From the NCBI GenBank assembly GCA_963765535.1, contig CAVXWU010000014.1, positions 391,963-455,962 on the forward strand: DNA of 64,000 nucleotides, read 5' to 3'. Both the position numbers and the translations under genes were made by a program. Below are positions 53,721 through 63,323 of this stretch, one piece after another (the stretch's first letter is position 1; every line of letters starts with the position of its first letter). The notes beneath the pieces were generated by a model. That model was not told the origin of the DNA. It was given only the letters and a program-made list of their open reading frames with translations, and did not search any database. Source of the DNA: an uncultured Verrucomicrobiae bacterium. GTDB taxonomy: Bacteria > Verrucomicrobiota > Verrucomicrobiia > Limisphaerales > JAHDYP01.

Positions 53721-55463
53721 ATGCGCGCGCTGACCTTGTCCTCATCGCTATCAATTTCTTGCGCCCTGGGCCTCCTCAGTTTGTGGGTGGCCGGTTGCAG
53801 TTCGGCCCATCAACGGCGTGCCGCCGACCAGGAAGTTTATGGGCTCATCTCCGGTGCGGAGCGCCAGGTGCTCGGCCGGACTAACGCATTCACCATCGAT
53901 ACCGCTTACTCCGACCGTGACCCCCGGGCCATCCTGCCCGCAGAAATTATCGACGACCGCACCGCCACCAATCGACTGGTGCTCACCATCGACCAGGCCC
54001 TCGATTTGGCGGTCAAAAATAGCCGCAACTATCAAACTCAAAAAGAACAACTCTACCTCACCGCGCTCACGCTCACCTCCGCCACCCACGCGTTCGCTCC
54101 CATCTTCACACATAGCACCGATGCCGGATTTCAAGGCACCGTCGGCGGCCCGCACGGCGTCGGCGCCAATACCCGCATCAGTGTCAGTAAACTCCTTAAG
54201 ACCGGAGGCGACTTATCCCTCACCCTGGCCAATGACCTCTTTCGATGGTACGCGGGCCCCGCGGCGCCGGCCACCCGCAATACCGCCCGCAATATCGTCA
54301 GCGTCAGCCTGCTTCAACCTTTGCTCCGCGGATTTGGAGCCAACGATCCCGCGGTCGAAAATCTCACCCAGGCCGAGCGCGACCTGGTCTATGCCATCCG
54401 CAGCTACAGTCAATTCCAGGACCAGTTTGCCGTGGATATCGTCAACAACTACTTCGAGCTCCTCCAAAATCGCTCCGATCTTCGCAACAGCTACACCAAC
54501 TACCTCCGTCGCGTCGAGACGACCCGATATACGCAAGCCCGCTCCGTTGACCGCGCCAGTCCGCTGGACGTCGAGGATGCCCGCTTTCAGGAACTCCAGG
54601 CCCGCATCGGCTATATCAATTCGGTTGCCCAGTACCTCAATCGATTGGACGCGTTCAAAATCACCCTCGGTTTGCCGATCAGCGAAACAATCTACCTCGA
54701 CGACACTCCATTACAGGTCGTCGATCAGGCCGGCCCCGTCCCCGCCGACATCAGCCGCGAAGCCGCCTTCCGCCTCGCGACCGAGCGACATGCCTCCATC
54801 CTGAATGCGGTGGACGAATTTGAAGATGCCAAGCGCCAGATCCGCCTTGCCGCCGACCGTTTCAAACCCGTCCTCAATCTTACCGGGCAGGCCAGCCTCG
54901 CTTCGGATGCCCCAACGGACCTTACCCAATTTGATCTCGACAATCTCAGTTATTCCGGCGGCTTTCTGCTCCAGCTTCCTCTCGATACGCTCCCCCAACG
55001 GAACGCCTATCGCCAAACCCTCATCCGCTTTGAACAGGCCATCCGCTCCCTCAGCCTCACCCTGGACACGTTCAAACAAAGAATCGACGGCAACCTGCGC
55101 ACCCTGGAACAACAACGCCTGAATATCCTCAGCCGGCAAACAGCGCTCGCCTCCGCTGAACGCCGTCTCGCCTCGAGCACGATTCTTTTCCAGGCGGGGC
55201 GCCGCGAGATCCGTGACGTCCGCGAAGCCCAGGACAATCTGATCGAGGCCCAAAATGACCTGACGGCCTCGATCGTGAGTTATCTTCAGGCTCGCCTTCA
55301 GCTCCTTCTCGATATCGGGGTGATGGAGACCGACCAGAATCAATTTTGGCTCGCCGATCCCCTCGAACAAGTCCTCACGCCCGATATGCGCGGCGGATCC
55401 CCATTGGAAATGCCTCGGGACGAATTGATCCCGCCCAACCAATTCCTCGAACCCAAATCATGA
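53721..55463 (+). CDS. TolC-family outer membrane efflux protein
   Basis: 580 aa with a signal/lipobox-like LWVAGCSS, and two tandem OEP repeats with long coiled segments. Confidence 0.9.
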   Translation: MRALTLSSSLSISCALGLLSLWVAGCSSAHQRRAADQEVYGLISGAERQVLGRTNAFTIDTAYSDRDPRAILPAEIIDDRTATNRLVLTIDQALDLAVKNSRNYQTQKEQLYLTALTLTSATHAFAPIFTHSTDAGFQGTVGGPHGVGANTRISVSKLLKTGGDLSLTLANDLFRWYAGPAAPATRNTARNIVSVSLLQPLLRGFGANDPAVENLTQAERDLVYAIRSYSQFQDQFAVDIVNNYFELLQNRSDLRNSYTNYLRRVETTRYTQARSVDRASPLDVEDARFQELQARIGYINSVAQYLNRLDAFKITLGLPISETIYLDDTPLQVVDQAGPVPADISREAAFRLATERHASILNAVDEFEDAKRQIRLAADRFKPVLNLTGQASLASDAPTDLTQFDLDNLSYSGGFLLQLPLDTLPQRNAYRQTLIRFEQAIRSLSLTLDTFKQRIDGNLRTLEQQRLNILSRQTALASAERRLASSTILFQAGRREIRDVREAQDNLIEAQNDLTASIVSYLQARLQLLLDIGVMETDQNQFWLADPLEQVLTPDMRGGSPLEMPRDELIPPNQFLEPKS

Positions 55464-57463
55464 AGACGCCATCTCTCTCTTCTCGTCTGTCGGCCGCCGT
55501 GCGCCGCCGACCTGCCAGGTTCATCGTCGGGGCCGTGGTCCTGCTCATTGTCGTCGTCGCGATCCTCCGGTCGTCCACCACCCAAATGCCGGAGACGGCC
55601 TACTACGAGGTTCGACGGGGTGACTTCACCGTATCGATTGTCGAAGGAGGCACGCTCGAGGCCGTTAATGAAGTCAGTATTCGCAATGTCGTCGAGGGCA
55701 CTTCTCGCATCATTTACATCGTCCCCGAAGGGTCCTACGTCAAAAAGGACGATCTCCTGGTCCAACTCGACTCGTCCCAGGCGGAAGATCAATACAACCA
55801 ACAGGAAATCAATTTCGAGAAAGCCCAATTCGCCCTCATCCAAGCCCAACAACAGCTCGAAATCCAAAAGAGTGTCGTCGAAAGCGAAATCCGCGCGGCC
55901 AGCCTCAAATTGAAGTTCGCCGAAATGGACCTCGAGAAATACCTTCATGGCGAGTCGCTGGTCGCGCTGCTCAGCGCCACCAACAATATCACTGAGACCG
56001 CCGAACAATTGACCATCAGCAAGGACACCCTCAAATGGACCGAGGAGCTGGTGAAAAACGAGTTCGAAACCAAAACCAAACTCGACTCCGATCGACTCGC
56101 CGTCCTCCGTCAGGAGCTCAATCTCCAAATCCAGGAGACCAACCTCTGGATGATCCTCAATTACGATTACCCCAAGCAAGTCGAGGAATTCCGCTCCGCC
56201 GTCACCGAAGCCCAAAAAGACCTCGAGCGCGTCAAACAACAGGGTGATCGCCAACTCGCCCAATACGAGGCCGACATGATCACCCAGTCCAATACCCTGG
56301 TTCTGAATGAAAGAAAACTCGAGCGTGACCGCAAGAACCTCGATAATGCGAAGATTTACGCCAAACAAAGCGGCCTCGTCGTCTATCCCATCAGCGAAAA
56401 CCGCTTCAGCAGCGAGTCACTCATCGAGGAAGGGGCCACCGTCCGCAACCGCCAGGAACTCCTCAAAATCCCGGACATATCCAGAATGAAGGTTACGGTC
56501 AAAGTCCACGAATCCTACGTGAACATGCTCCAAACCGGCCTGCCCGCTTTTGTCGTCCTTGATTCCATGCCCGATCAGCGCTTCCGAGCCATCGTCGAGC
56601 GGATTGGCCTCCTCCCCGATACCCAGGCCAGATGGGGCAATCCCAACCTCAAAGTCTATAACACCGAAGTCCGAATCACCGACCCGTTGCCCGATGTCAA
56701 ACCGGGCGTCTCCGCCCGCGCCGAGATTATCATCACCAATATCCAGGATGTCATCTCCGTCCCGATCCAGGCCATCACGACCCTCAATGGCAACCAGGTC
56801 GCTTACGTGGTCCATGGCGGCAACGCGGATCCCGTGGCGGTCCAAATCGGCATGTTCAATACCCGGTTCATCGAGGTCACCTCCGGCCTCAAACCCGGCG
56901 ACCGCATCCTGCTCTCCCCGCCATTCGACGTAAAAGAGAAGGAAATCGAAGGTGCGATCATTACTGACGAGGAGAAGTCCGCGCTCACAAACACACCTGC
57001 TATCAATCGGCAATCCCCGGAAAACGCTCCTCGTACTCCTATCCCCGCCCCGGAGTCCACCGACACGAGGCCGGGAGCAGGCAGGCCCGATTCCACCCCC
57101 CAGCTCGCGGCGGGTCAGGAGCGACCCTCCATGCCCAACCTGGAGGAGATGGTTAAACGCTTCGATACCGATGGCGACGGTCAACTGAACGATGACGAAC
57201 GCCAGGCCATGCGCGCCCAGATGCAGCAGCGCTTCGGCGGCCAAGGTGGCCAGGGCGGCCAGGGCTTCAACCGCGAGGAAATGGTCAAGCAATTCGACAA
57301 GGACGGCGACGGCGAACTCAACGATGAAGAGCGCCAGGCCATGCGCGCCCAGATGCAACAGCGCTTCGGCGGTCAAGGCGGTCAAGGCGGCCAAGGCGGC
57401 CAGGGCCGCCAGCGCGAACGCGGGGCAGCCCGCGAGCCATCAGGCAATACCCCCACCCCCTAA
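55460..57463 (+). CDS. Efflux periplasmic adaptor (HlyD/MacA-type membrane fusion protein) with C-terminal tandem EF-hand extension
   Basis: MKTPSLSS...TM...YYEVRRGDFTVSIVEGGTLEA (barrel-sandwich start), long coiled-coil, and beta-barrel/MP domains to about residue 520. These are followed by a Pro-rich linker and 2x [MVK.FD.DGDG.LNDxERQAMRAQMQQRFGGQGGQGGQG]. The ATG overlaps the TolC stop (ATGA). Confidence 0.85.
   Translation: MKTPSLSSRLSAAVRRRPARFIVGAVVLLIVVVAILRSSTTQMPETAYYEVRRGDFTVSIVEGGTLEAVNEVSIRNVVEGTSRIIYIVPEGSYVKKDDLLVQLDSSQAEDQYNQQEINFEKAQFALIQAQQQLEIQKSVVESEIRAASLKLKFAEMDLEKYLHGESLVALLSATNNITETAEQLTISKDTLKWTEELVKNEFETKTKLDSDRLAVLRQELNLQIQETNLWMILNYDYPKQVEEFRSAVTEAQKDLERVKQQGDRQLAQYEADMITQSNTLVLNERKLERDRKNLDNAKIYAKQSGLVVYPISENRFSSESLIEEGATVRNRQELLKIPDISRMKVTVKVHESYVNMLQTGLPAFVVLDSMPDQRFRAIVERIGLLPDTQARWGNPNLKVYNTEVRITDPLPDVKPGVSARAEIIITNIQDVISVPIQAITTLNGNQVAYVVHGGNADPVAVQIGMFNTRFIEVTSGLKPGDRILLSPPFDVKEKEIEGAIITDEEKSALTNTPAINRQSPENAPRTPIPAPESTDTRPGAGRPDSTPQLAAGQERPSMPNLEEMVKRFDTDGDGQLNDDERQAMRAQMQQRFGGQGGQGGQGFNREEMVKQFDKDGDGELNDEERQAMRAQMQQRFGGQGGQGGQGGQGRQRERGAAREPSGNTPTP
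57149..57412 (+). repeat. Tandem 132-bp coding duplication (2 x about 44 aa EF-hand + GGQ module)
   Basis: 57149-57280 and 57281-57412 are about 85% identical by eye. They encode the DTDGDGQLNDDE and DKDGDGELNDEE loops, each followed by RQAMRAQMQQRFGGQGGQGGQG. Confidence 0.9.
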
Positions 57464-57481
57464 GGCCGGGCCGTCCAATCC

Positions 57482-58219
57482 ATGACATCCCCCAACCAGG
57501 AATTGATGCTCCGGATTGTCGAGCTCCGGAAAACATATGAATTGGGCGGAGAAAATCGTGTTCACGCCCTGCGCGGTGTCAACCTCAATGTCGAGCGCGG
57601 CTGCTACCTTGCCATCATGGGACCTTCCGGCTCCGGCAAATCGACCATGCTCAATCTTATCGGCTGCCTCGATCGCCCAACCGCGGGCCAATACTTCCTT
57701 GGCGATGAAGACGTCTCGCGCATGAGTGATGACGAATTGTCGGAGGTGCGGGGCCGGCGGATCGGGTTCATTTTCCAATCTTACAACCTCATCGCCCAAC
57801 TCAGCGTCCTCGAGAATATCCAGGTCCCGCTCTTCTACCAGGGCCGTAATCTCAAGGAGAGTTTCGACCGCTGTGTCGAACTCGCCTCGCTCGTCGGTCT
57901 GGGTGATCGCCTTGATCATCGCCCCAACCAGCTCTCCGGCGGCCAGCAACAGCGCGTCGCGGTCGCGCGCTCGCTGGTCAATGATCCGCTCATGATACTC
58001 GCCGACGAACCGACGGGCAACCTGGATTCGAAAACCGGCGCCGAAGTCCTGGACCTGATTGATCGGCTGAACCAAAGCGGTAAAACCATTGTCCTCGTCA
58101 CTCACGATGACCGCGTCGCCTCTCGAGCGCATCGCACGATCCATATGAAGGACGGCCTCATTGATCGGGAGATCATCAACCGGCCCATTCGAGGGCCCAT
58201 CCCGGCCGCGGCCGGCTAG
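57482..58219 (+). CDS. ABC transporter ATP-binding protein (MacB/LolD-type)
   Basis: [35 protein letters not shown], and the H-loop VTHD. Confidence 0.95.
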   Translation: MTSPNQELMLRIVELRKTYELGGENRVHALRGVNLNVERGCYLAIMGPSGSGKSTMLNLIGCLDRPTAGQYFLGDEDVSRMSDDELSEVRGRRIGFIFQSYNLIAQLSVLENIQVPLFYQGRNLKESFDRCVELASLVGLGDRLDHRPNQLSGGQQQRVAVARSLVNDPLMILADEPTGNLDSKTGAEVLDLIDRLNQSGKTIVLVTHDDRVASRAHRTIHMKDGLIDREIINRPIRGPIPAAAG

Positions 58220-58224
58220 AGCTC

Positions 58225-59511
58225 ATGCTTCCCACTCAATTCCTCAGCACGGTTCGCTTGGGCGTCAAGAGTTTGATGCTCCATAAACTGCGCTCAATGC
58301 TGACCATGCTCGGCATCATCTTCGGCGTCTGCTCGGTGATCGCCATGCTCGCCATTGGCGAAGGCGCCTCCTACGAAGCCCAGGAAGCCATCAAAAAGCT
58401 GGGGAGCAATAATATCCTCATCAACAGCATCAAACCTCCCGAAGATACCAAACAGTCGGGCACCGGTCGGGCCATGATGCTCGACTATGGCCTCACCTAC
58501 GATGACGGCTCACGCATCCAAACCACGATACCCGGCGTCAAACGCGTCCTGCCGATGCGGATCATCCGCGACAATGTCCGTTTCAATCGTAATGAGGTCC
58601 CCTGCCAGGTCATTGGCACCCTCCCCTTCTACACTGAAGTCGTCGGTCTGGAACTCGTCCGCGGCCGGTTCCTCACCCACGTCGATGAAGTTCATGCCGC
58701 GAACATCTGCGTCATCACGATCGGGTTGGCCCAGCGCCTGTTTCCCTACGAGGATCCCCTCCAACACTCCATAAAAATCGACGCCTTCTACTATCGGATT
58801 GTCGGTATGGTCCGCGAAACCGGTACCGCCGAACAACGACCCAAAAAAACAAAAACCGAAGGCGAACCCATTGATAACAACGTCTATATCCCCCTCGCCA
58901 CCTCACGCACCCGCTTCGGCGAAGTCCTGATGCGCCGCACCGCCGGCAGCTTTGAAATTGAAAGGGTCGAACTCCATCGAATCACAGTGCAGATGGAAGA
59001 CGTCGCCGCCGTCGAAACGGCCGATCCCCAGATCAAAACCGTGCTCGGTCGATTTCACGAGAAGAATGATTTCGAAGTGATTGTCCCCCTCCAGTTGCTC
59101 CGCCAGGCCGAACGAACCAAACAGATCTTTAATGTCGTTCTCGGGTCCATCGCCGCAATCTCCCTGCTCGTCGGCGGCATCGGTATTATGAATATCATGC
59201 TGGCCACGGTCACGGAACGAACGCGGGAGATCGGCGTCCGCCGCGCCCTCGGCGCCAAGAAACGGGATATCACCACCCAATTCCTCGTCGAAACGGTGGT
59301 GTTGTCCATTGGCGGCGGCATCATCGGAGTGATGGTGGGAATCCTGACCCCCTTCATCGTTTCTCATCTCACGGAGATGAAAACGATCATTACCGTCTGG
59401 TCGGTCCTCCTGGCCTTTGGAATCTCCGGCGCGGTGGGGATTATTTTTGGGCTCTACCCGGCCAACGCGGCCGCGGCCCTCGATCCGATCGAAGCGCTCC
59501 GCCACGAATAA
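58225..59511 (+). CDS. ABC transporter permease (MacB/FtsX-type, 4 TM with a large periplasmic domain)
   Basis: 428 aa with a MacB_PCD-like region between TM1 and TM2. The C-terminal FtsX domain has REIGVRRALGAKKRDI and a ...YPANAAAALDPIEALRHE tail. Confidence 0.9.
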   Translation: MLPTQFLSTVRLGVKSLMLHKLRSMLTMLGIIFGVCSVIAMLAIGEGASYEAQEAIKKLGSNNILINSIKPPEDTKQSGTGRAMMLDYGLTYDDGSRIQTTIPGVKRVLPMRIIRDNVRFNRNEVPCQVIGTLPFYTEVVGLELVRGRFLTHVDEVHAANICVITIGLAQRLFPYEDPLQHSIKIDAFYYRIVGMVRETGTAEQRPKKTKTEGEPIDNNVYIPLATSRTRFGEVLMRRTAGSFEIERVELHRITVQMEDVAAVETADPQIKTVLGRFHEKNDFEVIVPLQLLRQAERTKQIFNVVLGSIAAISLLVGGIGIMNIMLATVTERTREIGVRRALGAKKRDITTQFLVETVVLSIGGGIIGVMVGILTPFIVSHLTEMKTIITVWSVLLAFGISGAVGIIFGLYPANAAAALDPIEALRHE

Positions 59512-59538
59512 CTACTCGCCCCCAAATAACCGCCTGAT

Positions 59539-59847
59539 TTACTCTGGCGGCCCCGTGATATCGAACAACCGATGCATCCGGGTAATGTCGAATAACATTT
59601 GCACTCGCGGTGTCGGGTTCAGCAATCGCATCGTCCCCTGCCGGCTCGAGGTCGCCTTGCGCAGGCTGATCAATGCACCCAAACCGCAGCTGTCCAAATA
59701 GTCCGTCTTGGAAAGATCCACAATGATGTTCCGACACCCGGGGAGAAGCGCTGAATGAATTTGATCTCGAAAAGCCTGGCAGTTTTCCGCCCCCAACTCT
59801 TTAATTTCCCCAACGCTGATCGTGTCGCCGTCTACCATGAGTCTCAT
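59539..59847 (-). CDS. STAS-domain anti-sigma-factor antagonist-like protein
   Basis: IIVDLSKTDYLDSCGLGALISLRK: the SpoIIAA-type phosphorylatable Ser context (DS.G). Start moved to the ATG at 59847. Confidence 0.8.
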   Translation of the reverse strand: MRLMVDGDTISVGEIKELGAENCQAFRDQIHSALLPGCRNIIVDLSKTDYLDSCGLGALISLRKATSSRQGTMRLLNPTPRVQMLFDITRMHRLFDITGPPE

Positions 59848-59972
59848 AATTTCACCCCTCCACCCTGCCGCACGGGGCAGGCAACGCACACACTAATCGC
59901 AGTGATAAAAATGTAAAGTGACAAATAAGATACCCCCAGATCACGAATTGCCACGCCAAAAAACCTCATCCC

Positions 59973-60272
59973 ATGCCCGCCTTGCCTGACTTCGTTACCT
60001 TGGGGTCCAATGGGGTATTCCTTGCCGTCAAGGTCCAGCCCAGAGCTCGCAAGAACGCCCTCGCCGGCCTGCTCGGGTCGGAATTGCGTATCACCCTGAC
60101 CGCCCCACCTGTGGACGACGCCGCCAACGCAACCCTTGTCCGGTTTCTGGCGGATCAACTCGATTGCGGCCGCGGCCAAGTCCAAATTATTCGGGGTCGC
60201 ACCTCGCGCCACAAACTCGTCGGCGTCCAGGGGGTCTCCCTGGAAACCATCGTTCGATGTCTCGTCGCGTAG
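59973..60272 (+). CDS. DUF167 (YggU) family protein
   Basis: 99 aa with LAVKVQPRARKNA...LRITLTAPPVDDAANATLVRFLA...IIRGRTSRHK. Confidence 0.85.
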   Translation: MPALPDFVTLGSNGVFLAVKVQPRARKNALAGLLGSELRITLTAPPVDDAANATLVRFLADQLDCGRGQVQIIRGRTSRHKLVGVQGVSLETIVRCLVA

Positions 60273-60420
60273 CCCGCACATCTCTTGTATTGCTGCTTCC
60301 ATAGCTTCGCTTTCTGCAAGAGACCATAGTCTAAGGGGTCAAAGTCTGACATTTTCGCGCAGATTTTCACGCCGCCAGTTGGGTCCAGAGGGTGTGGGTG
60401 TCTTGCGACGAAGTCGCTTA

Positions 60421-60524
60421 CACATTTCGCAGGCCGGCGCCACCGTGGGCATCGGCTTTTCAATCAACCACCCGACGTAAGGGGCGGCCACTTTGGTTCC
60501 GGCCACGCCGGCCTGCGAAATGTG
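60421..60524. repeat. Perfect 19-bp inverted repeat with a 66-nt spacer in a convergent intergenic region
   Basis: CACATTTCGCAGGCCGGCG (60421-60439) is the exact reverse complement of CGCCGGCCTGCGAAATGTG (60506-60524). It lies between the DUF167 stop (60272) and the minus-strand stop (60575). Confidence 0.85.
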
Positions 60525-60574
60525 CAGGGCTAGCGAGTCGGCCCCACCGGCCGTGCAAGGTCCAGTCGATCAGA

Positions 60575-61396
60575 TCAGATGTCATCCCCGGCCGGCCGGC
60601 GCATCCCGCCCAGTACCACAAAATGACCCTGCTTATCCCGCCGGAGCACGGGGCGGGTGTCTGTGGATTCGTAAGTCTCGCGCCGGGTCAGGGTTCCGTT
60701 GGGATCTACCACGCAATAGGTGAAATCGCGCGCCCCGGTCTGCCATAGGACATGGAGTCGGGTCTGCTCATCGATTTGCTCCTCTGGATCGCTGATCGAC
60801 AACATCAACCCCAGCGGCAACGTCCCATAAATTCGATTCCCCAAGCCATCGGTCACCCGGACATAGAGTTTCATCTGCTTGATGTGCATCGCCTGCTGCA
60901 AAATATAACGTCGCACTTCCGGCGCGCGCGTCTCGCCATCCGGCACTGGCAAACCGACCTCCTTCTGCCACAGCGTCATCCCCCGCACCACCGCGAACGG
61001 CATGGGTTTGCTGCGAAATTCCTGGCCCCAGGCCGCAATCCGTATCGTGGCGATCACGGAATACGTCTTCGGCTCTTCAAAATCATAATAGGGCGTCAAA
61101 TCCAATCGCTTGGTCGCCATCTTCGCTGAAGGCAATTCAAACGCGCCCTTGACCGGAACGGTCCCCCGGCTGGAAACCGATATCCCATCCGGCCGCTCGA
61201 TCACGAATTGCAGCCACTCGTCGTCCTGACCGAGCGAAAGCGTTTGCCCGGAGTAGTTGATCACCCGGGCCGCCACCCGAAGGCTCTCCCCGGGCAAGAC
61301 CTGGTCCTGTTCCAATTCCACCACAACCTGCACCTGGGCCTGAGACCAACCTGAAGCGGCCCAGATCGCCCACATCATGACGAGTATACTTTTCAC
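60575..61396 (-). CDS. Exported hypothetical protein
   Basis: 273 aa with signal peptide MKSILVMMWAIWAASGWSQA. Coding-like composition; no recognisable motif. Confidence 0.6.
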   Translation of the reverse strand: MKSILVMMWAIWAASGWSQAQVQVVVELEQDQVLPGESLRVAARVINYSGQTLSLGQDDEWLQFVIERPDGISVSSRGTVPVKGAFELPSAKMATKRLDLTPYYDFEEPKTYSVIATIRIAAWGQEFRSKPMPFAVVRGMTLWQKEVGLPVPDGETRAPEVRRYILQQAMHIKQMKLYVRVTDGLGNRIYGTLPLGLMLSISDPEEQIDEQTRLHVLWQTGARDFTYCVVDPNGTLTRRETYESTDTRPVLRRDKQGHFVVLGGMRRPAGDDI

Positions 61397-61448
61397 AATT
61401 CCTTTCCCACCTCGGCGCCCGGCCCGACAGATTCTGTAGCGAGACGAT

Positions 61449-61841
61449 TCATTGCTTCAAGATCTTGAATGCCTTTGCCGGATTCGAAGTTCGAAGGATG
61501 AGCAACCCGCGCCTGGATTTGGGATGAGTCGCGCTGTAACAATACTCAATATTAACCTTGGCCTTTGCCAGCCGATGACAAATGCGCGCCAATACCCCCG
61601 GCTTGTTGTCGTCGTCCAGCATCAATACGTCATCCTCAACCACCAGCGTCCCGTGTTCTTCAAAGATCAACAATGCCCGGCGTGGGTCGCTCACCACCAT
61701 GCGGATCACCGAATGATCCACCGTGTCACTCGTGGTAATGGCGTGGATGCTTATTCCGGCTCCAGCCAGTTCGTCACATACCCGAGCCAATGTTCCGGGC
61801 TTGTTCTCCAGAAATAGCGCCAACTGCTTCGTGATTTGCAT
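61449..61841 (-). CDS. ACT domain-containing protein (tandem ACT)
   Basis: MQITKQLALFLENKPGTLARVCDELAGAGISIHAI... and a second ...DDNKPGVLARICHRLAKAKVNIEY: two ACT-type beta-alpha-beta-beta-alpha-beta starts. Start moved to the ATG at 61841. Confidence 0.75.
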   Translation of the reverse strand: MQITKQLALFLENKPGTLARVCDELAGAGISIHAITTSDTVDHSVIRMVVSDPRRALLIFEEHGTLVVEDDVLMLDDDNKPGVLARICHRLAKAKVNIEYCYSATHPKSRRGLLILRTSNPAKAFKILKQ

Positions 61842-61989
61842 GAACTGGTTCTTCAATGGGCGGCCGGCCACCGCCACGTTCCGTTTTCAGGCCGGCTTTA
61901 TGGTCAAGCGACCTTACCAGATCTCACTCTGCCTGCAACCGTTCGCTTTTGCTCTTGGGCAACGAGCCTGCCACCCGTAATCTGACCCC

Positions 61990-62295
61990 ATGTCGAATCC
62001 TGCCCGTCGAATCCGGCGCACGTTCGGTCTGGCATTCCTCGCCCTCGCAATCCTGCTCCTGCTCGCCGGTCAAACCCTCCTTCGCGATCGCCTTCATGGC
62101 GCCCGATACGCCCTTTACTGGTTAACCTGCCTGTTTCTTGTTGCGTTGGCCCTGCTGTGCGCCTTGCTCGACCTCCGCCTGATCCGGCGCCATGCTCGCC
62201 GTCAGCAATTGAACCTGATTCAGGAAACCCTGGGGCACCACCATCCCGCTGAACTCCCGCCCGAAATCACGCCTCCCCCACATCCTCCCGACTGA
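61990..62295 (+). CDS. Small membrane protein (hypothetical)
   Basis: 101 aa with two hydrophobic helices (FGLAFLALAILLLLAG; YWLTCLFLVALALLCALL). Weak support. Confidence 0.4.
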   Translation: MSNPARRIRRTFGLAFLALAILLLLAGQTLLRDRLHGARYALYWLTCLFLVALALLCALLDLRLIRRHARRQQLNLIQETLGHHHPAELPPEITPPPHPPD

Positions 62296-62366
62296 AAACC
62301 ACATGGCCTGACGCAAACGGTTGATTTTCGATTCCATTGCTGGGATAACTCAAGTCGCCGACACCC

Positions 62367-63233
62367 ATGAAGCCGTCCGCCACCAAGACTACCGCTACCC
62401 GCCTCCCGGAGAGCCAGAAGATCGCGCTCATTAAACTGCTCGCCGATGAAGAACCCTCCGTCTATCAGGCGGTCCGTCAGAAAATCCTTTCGACGGAAGA
62501 AGATGCCTGGCTTCGGCCGCACTCTCTCAGCCCGGATCCGTTAACCCGCCGCCGGGTCCAGGAAATCCTGGATCATCTCGACCGCCAAAAGACCGATGAC
62601 CGGTTTCTGGCGTTTTGCCTGAATCAAGGCGAGGAATTCGATATCGAGGAAGCCGCATGGCTGCTCGCGCTCACCCGTTATCCCGAGATCAACACGGCCG
62701 CCTACCAGGCTCTCCTCGACAGCTACGCCGCGGATCTCCATCACCGGGTAGATGCCACCCACCCCACCCGCAAAACTTTGCTCGCCCTCAACCGTTATCT
62801 CTTCCATGAACTCGCCTTCCACGGAGACGAGGCCGATTATTACAATCCCGAAAACAGTTATCTGAACCGGGTGATCGACCGGCGCAGCGGCAATCCCATC
62901 AGCCTTTCCATGATCTATCTTTGCCTCGCCCGCCGATTCAAACTCCCGATCGCCGTGATCGCCATGCCGGGCCATTGCATCTGCCGTTTCCAGACCCCGA
63001 CGGAGACGATCTATATCGATGCCTTTAACCGCGGCCGATTCCTGACCAAGGCCGATTGCATTCGTTACCTTCAGCAATCAAGTTATGGCGCCCAGGAAGG
63101 TTTCCTTGCTCCGGCCTCACCTCGACGCTTGCTCCTTCGAACGTGCTCCAACCTCCATCAGATTTACACCCAGTTGAAACTCAAAGATGAAAGCGCCCGC
63201 CTCCAACGATACGTCGTGGCTCTCGCCCGCTAG
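62367..63233 (+). CDS. SirB1/UPF0162-like protein (transglutaminase-like core + TPR-like tail)
   Basis: 288 aa with YYNPENSYLNRVIDRRSGNPISLSMIYLCLARRFKLPIAVIAMPGHCICRF, the typical SirB1/transglutaminase-like block. Confidence 0.75.
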   Translation: MKPSATKTTATRLPESQKIALIKLLADEEPSVYQAVRQKILSTEEDAWLRPHSLSPDPLTRRRVQEILDHLDRQKTDDRFLAFCLNQGEEFDIEEAAWLLALTRYPEINTAAYQALLDSYAADLHHRVDATHPTRKTLLALNRYLFHELAFHGDEADYYNPENSYLNRVIDRRSGNPISLSMIYLCLARRFKLPIAVIAMPGHCICRFQTPTETIYIDAFNRGRFLTKADCIRYLQQSSYGAQEGFLAPASPRRLLLRTCSNLHQIYTQLKLKDESARLQRYVVALAR

Positions 63234-63323
63234 CGGCGTCCGCCCTCACGTTCGACGGCGATCCCCAACCCGCAATTCTCCAGAGCCTTACTCCAATCCT
63301 CCCGGCGGCAGTCTCGCCCCGGA

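Noticed and set aside
57190-57420. GGC-CAA-GGY short tandem repeats, considered as microsatellite or CRISPR-like
   Set aside because: They are in frame within the adaptor gene and encode (GGQ)n. There are no spacer-repeat periodicity and no cas genes.
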